Shown here: piece by piece, positions 9,170 to 14,870 of the stretch
Layout of the letters: the number at the start of each line of letters is the position of its first letter
Position numbering within the stretch: position 1 is the stretch's first letter
NCBI GenBank assembly: GCA_045605305.1
Contig: JAZUPS010000014.1
Location: 1 to 52,208, forward strand
Direction: 5' to 3'
DNA length: 52,208 nt
Origin: Victivallaceae bacterium
Lineage (GTDB): Bacteria > Verrucomicrobiota > Lentisphaeria > Victivallales > Victivallaceae
Notes under the pieces: model-generated
What the model was told of the DNA's origin: nothing
Databases searched by the model: none
The model's input: the letters and a program-made list of their open reading frames with translations, nothing else
Program-made: the position numbers and the translations under genes

Positions 9170-9198
9170 ATTATACGGTATCTGAAAAATTTTTTTCA
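9170..9198 (-). promoter_or_regulatory. sigma70-like promoter candidate for the pentapeptide/AAA/GGCT operon
   Basis: On the minus strand: perfect TATAAT (9175-9170), 17-nt spacer, TGAAAA (9198-9193). About 30 nt upstream of the RBS of the 9134 gene. Confidence 0.45.
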
Positions 9199-9244
9199 CC
9201 CAAACCCCGGTGAGATCTGAACCGGTGTTTCACAAGGCGCTGTT

Positions 9245-9712
9245 CCACAGCGGCAGCATCCGGAAATCCCCCGGTTTCAGGTTGCAACGGTAAATTTTCA
9301 AGAATTTTTGAGAACTTTTGAAATTCCTCCGATGAGGTAATGGCAAAAGTCTATCAAAAAAAGATTGAAAAAAATACCGTTGATGAGATGAAAGCTGGTA
9401 GTTTGATCCGGCTTCGGTTGCTTCGCAACTCTACGCCGAGACAAGGGGTGCTACCCACGGCGGTAACACCCAAAAACGCTCCGCTTTCAGATCGCGACAG
9501 GAATTTTCAAAAATTTTTGCGAACTTTTGAAATTCCTCCGATGAGGTAATGGCAAAAGTCTATCAAAAAAAGATTGAAAAAATACCGTTGATGAGATGAA
9601 AGCTGGTAGTTTGAGGGTGCTACCCACAGCGGTAACACCCGAAAACGCTCCGCTTTCAGATCGCGACGGGAATTTTCAAGATTTTTTGAGAACTTTTGAA
9701 ATTACCTCCTAA
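9245..9712 (-). repeat. tandem direct repeat, ~170-nt unit, about 2.6 copies (candidate minus-strand structured RNA)
   Basis: A-part copies lie at ~9245-9330 (degenerate), 9446-9539 and 9615-9709. B-part copies lie at 9331-9406 and 9540-9614. Copy 1 carries a 39-nt insertion (9407-9445). Each full unit has a 10-bp hairpin (9446-9471, 9615-9640) and a 7-bp hairpin (9472-9488, 9641-9657). Their imperfect positions are G-U pairs in minus-strand RNA but A-C mismatches in plus-strand RNA. Confidence 0.7.
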
Positions 9713-9858
9713 ACATTGCTGGTACTCAGGATGCCGCAGTAGGCTCCCGGGCCGCCCTGCGCCTTTGCCGCCTCCATTGCCGCCATGGCGGAATTTGCGA
9801 CGACTTCGACGATGATCTGACCTTTCCGGGTGTTGACCCACAACTTGTACTTTTTCAT
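9709..9858 (-). CDS. small 49-aa protein, absent from the ORF track (below its size cutoff); possible double-glycine-type peptide
   Basis: I translated it by hand, codon by codon: MKKYKLWVNTRKGQIIVEVVANSAMAAMEAAKAQGGPGAYCGILSTSNV. Strong RBS (GAAAGGAGCAACC-ATG). The stop TAG (9711-9709) abuts the first repeat unit. A GG lies at residues 35-36, with M(-12), E(-8), A(-7), A(-4) spacing, followed by a 13-aa Cys/Ser/Thr-containing tail. Confidence 0.55.
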   Translation of the reverse strand: MKKYKLWVNTRKGQIIVEVVANSAMAAMEAAKAQGGPGAYCGILSTSNV

Positions 9859-9897
9859 GGTTGCTCCTTTCGTTGGTTTGGTTGAGGTTGCTATTTA

Positions 9898-9937
9898 CAG
9901 AAAACCTTCCACTGTTTTCTGAAAACCAAATATATCA
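9898..9937 (-). promoter_or_regulatory. extended -10 promoter candidate plus 5'-proximal hairpin upstream of the 49-aa ORF
   Basis: Minus strand: TGaTATATT (9937-9929), the same TGTGATAT(A/G)TT form as at 206-215. It is followed by a perfect 8-bp inverted repeat, CAGAAAAC-N8-GTTTTCTG (9921-9898). Confidence 0.3.
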
Positions 9938-9991
9938 CACTGTGCCGGACATCTTTTGTCTGACATTCCGATTTCCGATAAAATTTTTGGC

Positions 9992-10195
9992 TTATGCCTG
10001 CATTGCCAGTGAAAAACATATCATATAGATCATAACTCCTATCCCGCAGATCCATGCCACGACCCCGCAAGCACTCCCCAAAGCGATAAAAAACTGTACC
10101 ACCCAGTAGAGAAAAAATATAAAGATCACCGAAAAAATCAGATACCAGAAAATTGACAATGCCAGAATCGCATTCCGCTGGATTTTTCTCATCAT
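9992..10195 (-). CDS. small hydrophobic (about 2-TM) membrane protein
   Basis: 67-aa ORF MMRKIQRNAILALSIFWYLIFSVIFIFFLYWVVQFFIALGSACGVVAWICGIGVMIYMICF. AAGGAG lies 4-7 nt upstream of the two ATGs. ATGA overlap with the upstream ORF stop. Preferred over the overlapping 102-aa frame 9891-10199. Confidence 0.45.
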   Translation of the reverse strand: MMRKIQRNAILALSIFWYLIFSVIFIFFLYWVVQFFIALGSACGVVAWICGIGVMIYMICFSLAMQA

Positions 10196-10473
10196 TCATC
10201 TCCTTTGCTGCTGAAAAAAGTTATCCACGGCCGGAGGAATACCGTATATAATATAATGAACATCAGAAAATACATAAGCACGTGAGGAAAACGTATCATG
10301 ATACGAACTGCGCTCCCGGCAAGAATGATCCATCCGATTTTATTCATAACTCCTCCTGCCATTCCGCCCCCGTCAACGGGTGCGATAGTGACGGTAATGC
10401 CCTCTGCGGTGACGGGATTTCCCCCATTTACGAATGGTTTTGGCTCCGAAAAATTTGACTCGCATAACTCCAT
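10192..10473 (-). CDS. small membrane protein (start uncertain)
   Basis: 93-aa ORF with a C-terminal hydrophobic region, IGWIILAGSAVRIMIRFPHVLMYFLMFIILYTVFLRPWITFF. An internal start at MNKIGW (51 aa) has a better RBS (AGGAGGAGTT-ATG) than the ATG at 10473. Confidence 0.4.
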   Translation of the reverse strand: MELCESNFSEPKPFVNGGNPVTAEGITVTIAPVDGGGMAGGVMNKIGWIILAGSAVRIMIRFPHVLMYFLMFIILYTVFLRPWITFFSSKGDE

Positions 10474-10538
10474 CCTTTCTGCCGGAACTCCGGCGGTTTA
10501 TTGTTTTGACACCGATTACATACGGCATGAGCGGGATG

Positions 10539-10598
10539 TTTTTTCAAAAATTTTTGGAGTTTTTGGAAAAATTTTGACAATTTTTGAAAATTTTTCTG
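10539..10598. promoter_or_regulatory. six phased T-tracts with 10-bp periodicity (intrinsically curved DNA or repeated operator) in the divergent control region
   Basis: tttttcaaaaa/tttttggagt/ttttggaaaa/attttgacaa/tttttgaaaa/tttttctgcg: a T4-5 run recurs every 10 nt. Lies between the minus-strand small-ORF cluster (start 10473) and the sigma gene (10834). Confidence 0.45.
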
Positions 10599-10775
10599 CG
10601 GTTTGCAATCAATAACGCGCCTGACAAAAGCATGGCACTGGATTTGAAGAAAAATGTCAAAAAAGGATAGTGTCTGGAATTTCAAGGAGGCTGTTCGCAG
10701 AATACACCGCAAAATTACAAAATTTGGACTTCCTGCAGGGGCATAAACAACCTCTCCGGAGAGTAATTGCGACAC

Positions 10776-10803
10776 TTGAAATCAGCAAAATTTATGTTAT
10801 ATT
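10776..10803 (+). promoter_or_regulatory. sigma70-like promoter candidate for the sigma/kinase pair
   Basis: TTGAAA (10776-10781), 16-nt spacer, TATATT (10798-10803). AAAGGAG RBS at 10819-10825, ATG at 10834. Confidence 0.45.
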
Positions 10804-10833
10804 AACGGGGTAATCAAAAAAGGAGAACCGCCC

Positions 10834-11658
10834 ATGCCGATCATTTCATCCGAAGAGTTTTTCAATGTACTGGAAAATTGTGATACCGAAAGTTTGTACG
10901 CTGCATCCCACTCTTTTGCCGCCAGCCACAAAAGTTATTCATCCGGCGGCAACGGATTTTCCATTGATAAAACCTCCCGGACCGTAATGGGCGATATGCT
11001 CGCAAAAACCGGGGATACCCCCGCTGATCAAATTGATGATATGAGAAGCCGCCGGGAAAAAGCGATCGAAGATTTCTGCTATATTTACGGCGGATACATC
11101 GCGTACAATTTGAGAAAAAAACTGCACTGGATGGGATATAAAAACATCCCTCTGGAGGATAAATATATCTCCACCGCCACCGGACAGGTGTTGAACAGCA
11201 TTATCCGTAATCTGAATAGATACGGTTACAAAGCAGGAACCTTCAGCCACCTCGTTCACCGGTCGATAAAAAATAAAGCCATTGATGTCAAAAAGCTCTA
11301 TATCAACCGGAAAAAGGAAAATCCCCAGGAAATCTCCTTTGAAAATGCTCAAGAGATCCTCGGCGGCAAACTCGAGGTTGACGGGTATAACGGCACCTGT
11401 GAGCCGGAAACAAATTTCGATGAAAAAAAACTGGAGGTTTCCGGGATCATGCAGCTGCTCAAAAGCGTAAAAACCAAAAATTCCGCTGATGATTACAATA
11501 TGTTCATCCTTAACCGCATATATAAACATAAATTGCAGGATGTCGCAGAAAAATTTGATATTTCCATCGCCACCGCCAGCCGCAGGATCAATGATTTTGC
11601 CGTCGCCGCCATCACCATGTACAATCAGAAAAAGCGGGAAATGGAAAATTACCAATGA
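10834..11658 (+). CDS. sigma-70 family (ECF-like) RNA polymerase sigma factor with ~70-aa N-terminal extension
   Basis: Region-2-like segment IEDFCYIYGGYIAYNLRKK...FSHLVHRSIKNKAIDVKK. Region-4 HTH segment FILNRIYKHKLQDVAEKFDISIATASRRINDF. The antisense 238-aa ORF is a shadow. Confidence 0.7.
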   Translation: MPIISSEEFFNVLENCDTESLYAASHSFAASHKSYSSGGNGFSIDKTSRTVMGDMLAKTGDTPADQIDDMRSRREKAIEDFCYIYGGYIAYNLRKKLHWMGYKNIPLEDKYISTATGQVLNSIIRNLNRYGYKAGTFSHLVHRSIKNKAIDVKKLYINRKKENPQEISFENAQEILGGKLEVDGYNGTCEPETNFDEKKLEVSGIMQLLKSVKTKNSADDYNMFILNRIYKHKLQDVAEKFDISIATASRRINDFAVAAITMYNQKKREMENYQ

Positions 11659-13010
11659 CCGAAGAAAAGTGGCTGCTGCTTGCCGGTCAGGAAGTAACCG
11701 TTTCCGCAGGGTGCGATGAAAAAGTCAAACTGGGCAATTTGCTCGGCTGCGGCGGTGCCGGAGCAGTTTTTGACTTTTGCCGGTGGGGAACTCAAGAGTG
11801 GGTGGTAAAAGTTCTCGACCCGGAATCCCCCGTGGCAGAACAGGAACTCAAAAGCCTCAAACGCTACCGCAGCGGTATTAGATATGAGATCGCTTTGATG
11901 AAGTTCCACAGCTGGACAGGGACATTGAGGCACAAAGATAAAATATATCCCTGTTACCTGATGCGCAAGGGCAGAACCCTGACCGGAGCGATCGAAAACC
12001 ATGAACCGTGGCTGGATGATCCGCATGAGGTGATGCGGATAACTGCCACTCTGGTCACCGGGATCATCTCCCTGAAAAATGCCGGTATCTCCCACGGCGA
12101 CATCAAAACGGATAATATCCTGCTCTTTGAGTATCAGGATACCTTCCATGCGATGTTTTCGGATTACGGCACCGTTTCGGAAGAAAAACTTACCGTGCGC
12201 ACGATCCCCTATCAGTGTGACACTTCTGAATATGATTCTCTTCTGGAAGAACGCATTGCCTATGATCTTCACTGTCTCTATCTGGTTCTGTGCCGGATAT
12301 ACGACGTAAAAAATGATGTGATACCTCTGCATGTTGACGACAGAATCTTCAAACTTCTTCAGCTTATGAGAAACAACAATATGAAAGCATTTGAAAGATT
12401 GAAGAAGCTCATGGATCATCTGCCGGCAGATCGTATCAAGCTGCCCGTATCATTTCACCTCGATGCAGTGCCGCGGTATAAATTGACGGAAAATTTCCCC
12501 TTTGAAAAGGTTATGCAATGGGGAGAATATTGTGTTCTGCGGGATAAAAATGCGATTCCAGGGGAAAATTTTGATCCTCTGCTGTTGATGAAGATCCCTC
12601 CGGATCGTTATGATACGGTCTGTAAAATCATTGCCGCGCACAACAATATTGAAACATTTGTCATGCCGATTGCCCGCTATTTTGACAGTGACGGCGGGGA
12701 ATATGTATTGATCCATGCTCCGGATGACAAGCGCAAGTGCCGTCACCATCGGCACACTGATATTGAGGATGAGCGGCTCCGGGATGACTCCGGCACACCT
12801 TATACTCTGGCTCTGGCGCCGGATGATATGAAAAAACAGCAAATCGCTTATTTTATCAGAGTCATATCCAATTTGCCAATGCCGGTGGATGTGGAAATTT
12901 CCGCACCGGCTATCTGGCATCTGGATAGACACTGGAAGCTCAACCTTTTTGCGGTCGATCTTCTCCAAACGGGAAAATCCCGTGACCGCGTCTGTATAAA
13001 GTGGGAATAA
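11655..13010 (+). CDS. Hanks-type Ser/Thr protein kinase-like protein, cytoplasmic, with ~190-aa C-terminal domain of unknown function
   Basis: G-loop LGCGGAGAVF, VVKVL lysine, catalytic loop HGDIKTDNILL, DFG-equivalent SDYGT. No TM segment. The ATG overlaps the sigma stop (ATGA at 11655-11658). Confidence 0.75.
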   Translation: MTEEKWLLLAGQEVTVSAGCDEKVKLGNLLGCGGAGAVFDFCRWGTQEWVVKVLDPESPVAEQELKSLKRYRSGIRYEIALMKFHSWTGTLRHKDKIYPCYLMRKGRTLTGAIENHEPWLDDPHEVMRITATLVTGIISLKNAGISHGDIKTDNILLFEYQDTFHAMFSDYGTVSEEKLTVRTIPYQCDTSEYDSLLEERIAYDLHCLYLVLCRIYDVKNDVIPLHVDDRIFKLLQLMRNNNMKAFERLKKLMDHLPADRIKLPVSFHLDAVPRYKLTENFPFEKVMQWGEYCVLRDKNAIPGENFDPLLLMKIPPDRYDTVCKIIAAHNNIETFVMPIARYFDSDGGEYVLIHAPDDKRKCRHHRHTDIEDERLRDDSGTPYTLALAPDDMKKQQIAYFIRVISNLPMPVDVEISAPAIWHLDRHWKLNLFAVDLLQTGKSRDRVCIKWE

Positions 13011-13019
13011 AGCTCCGCT

Positions 13020-13751
13020 TCAGGCAAGGAACGGTTCTTTATTCACCCGGTGCAAAATAATTTCATCAATTACCGCATTGCCCCGGTGCTGAAGGAAAAA
13101 TGCAACGATTTCAGCAACCTCATCCGGCATGATCATCCCTTCGGATGTAAGGTCGGGACGGGATATTCTGATCATATCAGTGTAAACTCCCCCCGGACAA
13201 ATGGCGTGAACACGGATGTTCTCTTGGTAATACTCTTTGGCAAGGCTTTTGGTCAAGCCCAGCAGAGCATGTTTGCTGGCAGTATAAACACTTTGAAGCG
13301 GATAACCGGCGTGAGCAACCACCGAGGCGATATTGATAACCGTGGCGGATGAAGAATTTTTCAAAAAAGGCAGAGCTTTCTGCGTGAGGAAAAAGGGAAC
13401 CCGGGTGTTGATCGCCATGATACGGTCGAACTCTTCCGGAGAAACGTCAATGTACGGGGTGCTTTGGGCAACTCCGGCATTGTTGATGAGAGTGTCGATG
13501 CCGCCGAATTTTTCCACGACACTCTTTATTCCGGAAGCAAGGAACTCCAGATCAGTCAGATTTCCCGGCAGTACCAGCGCAGTGGAGAACTTTTCCACAC
13601 TTTGACGGGTGATTTCCAGCTTTTCCGGATTGTTGCCGCCAAAAAGAACGATTTTCATTCCGAGTTCAGCAAGTTTAACGGCTATCGCCTGACCGATGCC
13701 GCCGCCGGCTCCGGTCAAAACCACAACTTTGTCTTTCAAATCGTTTTGCAT
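13020..13751 (-). CDS. SDR family oxidoreductase
   Basis: TGAGGGIGQA (TGxxxGxG), NNAG, YTASK (YxxxK). GAGGA RBS before the ATG at 13751 (MQNDLKDKVVVLTG). The track extension to 13862 translates the repeat element. Confidence 0.9.
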   Translation of the reverse strand: MQNDLKDKVVVLTGAGGGIGQAIAVKLAELGMKIVLFGGNNPEKLEITRQSVEKFSTALVLPGNLTDLEFLASGIKSVVEKFGGIDTLINNAGVAQSTPYIDVSPEEFDRIMAINTRVPFFLTQKALPFLKNSSSATVINIASVVAHAGYPLQSVYTASKHALLGLTKSLAKEYYQENIRVHAICPGGVYTDMIRISRPDLTSEGMIMPDEVAEIVAFFLQHRGNAVIDEIILHRVNKEPFLA

Positions 13752-13807
13752 TTTTTCCTCTTTGACGGTAATTTCATCTTTCACTTTCAAGCATGGTAAA
13801 CGGCAAT

Positions 13808-13917
13808 CCCCCGTCAAGGGCGCATCTGCGCCCGCATCCCGGAACCCCCGCAGTACGCTCAACCCAAACGGGGGAACGGGGGCGGCAAGCCCCCGTCAAG
13901 GGCGCATCTGCGCCCGC
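13808..13917. repeat. REP-like GC-rich repeat: two copies of a 28-nt unit carrying a perfect 7-bp palindromic hairpin
   Basis: CCCCCGTCAAGGGCGCATCTGCGCCCGC occurs at 13808-13835 and 13890-13917. Stems are GGGCGCA/TGCGCCC at 13818-13833 and 13900-13915. Intergenic, between the rubrerythrin stop and the SDR start. Confidence 0.65.
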
Positions 13918-13934
13918 TCCCTGAGCCGAACCAA

Positions 13935-14060
13935 CGCGGGGCGCTTTCGGGTGGAGTATGCGGCAAGGCCGGGTTTTACGGTTGAGCGAAGGAGGGATCG
14001 TACTTCTGTACATGACCGACAAAGCGATACCGTAAGGCCCGGGATTGCCCATAATCCCCC
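13935..14060 (-). repeat. second copy (opposite orientation) of the GC-rich element seen at 45-175
   Basis: See feature 1-180. Shared GTAC-N4-GTAC hairpin (14000-14011) and flanking conserved blocks. A local long-range pairing CCGGGCCTTACGG...CCGTAAAACCCGG is possible on the minus strand. Confidence 0.35.
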
Positions 14061-14067
14061 GAAAGCC

Positions 14068-14604
14068 TCAGAAGTAGCGTTTGAGAAGACCTTCAAAACC
14101 CTTGCCGTGGCGGGCTTCGTCTTTCGCCATTTCGTGAACGGTGTCATGAATGGCATCGTAGCCGAGTTCTTTGGCACGTTTGGCGATGTCGAATTTCCCG
14201 GCACAGGCGCCGCATTCGGCTTCGGCACGCATCTGGAGATTTTTCTTGGTGCTGGAGGTGAGGACTTCACCGAGCAATTCCGCAAATTTGGCGGCGTGTT
14301 CAGCCTCTTCAAAAGCGTAACGTTTGTAGGCTTCGGCGATTTCGGGATAGCCTTCGCGTTCAGCCTGACGGCTCATGGCGAGGTACATGCCGACTTCGCA
14401 GCATTCGCCTTCAAAGTTGGCGCGGAGACCGGCAACGATTTCGGGGTCGATACCTTCGGTGGAAGCAACGACATGCTCACAGGCATAGGATTGATCACCG
14501 GTCACGGCTTTGAATTTGGCAGCGGGAGCTTTGCACTGGGGGCAAACTTCCGGAGCATTATCACCTTCATGGACGTAACCGCAGACACCACATACGAATT
14601 TCAT
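14068..14604 (-). CDS. reverse rubrerythrin (N-terminal rubredoxin-like domain plus ferritin-like di-iron domain)
   Basis: N-terminal CGVCGY...CPQC. Then ExxH di-iron motifs ([18 protein letters not shown]). This domain order is the reverse of classical rubrerythrin. Confidence 0.9.
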   Translation of the reverse strand: MKFVCGVCGYVHEGDNAPEVCPQCKAPAAKFKAVTGDQSYACEHVVASTEGIDPEIVAGLRANFEGECCEVGMYLAMSRQAEREGYPEIAEAYKRYAFEEAEHAAKFAELLGEVLTSSTKKNLQMRAEAECGACAGKFDIAKRAKELGYDAIHDTVHEMAKDEARHGKGFEGLLKRYF

Positions 14605-14838
14605 AGTTAAAGATCCTTTCTTTTAGATGTTTCAGGTGGGATAAATTCCCGTCACCGGGATAAATTAGCTCCGGAGGAAGAATTTTTCAATGGGGAATTG
14701 ATATTTTTTTCGTAAAAATTTTCCAACAGTTTGCTTGTATTATGTCGAAACAAGGTTATAGTATTATTGAAAATGCAACATTCCGGATTTTGTAAATTTG
14801 GCAAAACGCTCAGCAAAAAGAGACGCAACGATGAGTTT

Positions 14839-14870
14839 TAAGAATTTTTGAGGAGTTGTGAAATTGCCTC
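14839..14870 (+). promoter_or_regulatory. dispersed copy of the AT-rich motif found in the 9.3-9.7 kb tandem repeats
   Basis: TAAGAATTTTTGAGGAGTTGTGAAATTGCCTC here versus CAAGAATTTTTGAGAACTTTTGAAATTCCTCC at 9299-9330. Ends 23 nt upstream of the nitroreductase ATG. Confidence 0.35.

Noticed and set aside
9340-9549. 69-aa plus-strand ORF (MAKVYQKKIEKNTVDEMKAGS...) inside the tandem repeat
   Set aside because: The second repeat copy has one fewer A in an A-run. The same ATG there gives only MAKVYQKKIEKIPLMR-stop, so the reading frame is not conserved between near-identical copies. No RBS. The hairpin asymmetry points to the opposite strand.
9245-9712. Possible CRISPR array
   Set aside because: The repeat unit is ~170 nt with no unique spacers between short repeats. 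There are only 2.6 copies and no cas genes in the window.
9245-9712. Type III toxin-antitoxin style antitoxin RNA array (ToxI-like) upstream of the operon
   Set aside because: The analogy is attractive because a tandem RNA repeat precedes protein genes. But known ToxI-type units are ~36 nt and are followed directly by an endoribonuclease gene. Here the units are ~170 nt, a separate promoter candidate intervenes, and the first downstream gene is a pentapeptide-repeat protein. Kept only as a remote possibility.
9656-9841. 61-aa minus-strand track ORF (MGQHPERSDHRRSRRKFRHGG...)
   Set aside because: GTG start without an RBS, with Arg/Gly-rich low-complexity composition. It overlaps, in another frame, the 49-aa ORF 9709-9858, which has a near-consensus RBS and a plausible protein sequence.
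9891-10199. 102-aa minus-strand ORF (MNDEKNPAECDSG...)
   Set aside because: Its ATG sits directly against the AAGGAG, with no spacer. The overlapping frame that encodes a clean two-TM mini-protein (9992-10195) has proper spacing and ATGA coupling to the upstream ORF.
4427-13010. Prophage or integrative mobile element
   Set aside because: No integrase, recombinase, transposase, phage structural gene, tRNA attachment site or flanking direct repeats are visible. The block is treated only as an accessory-looking island.
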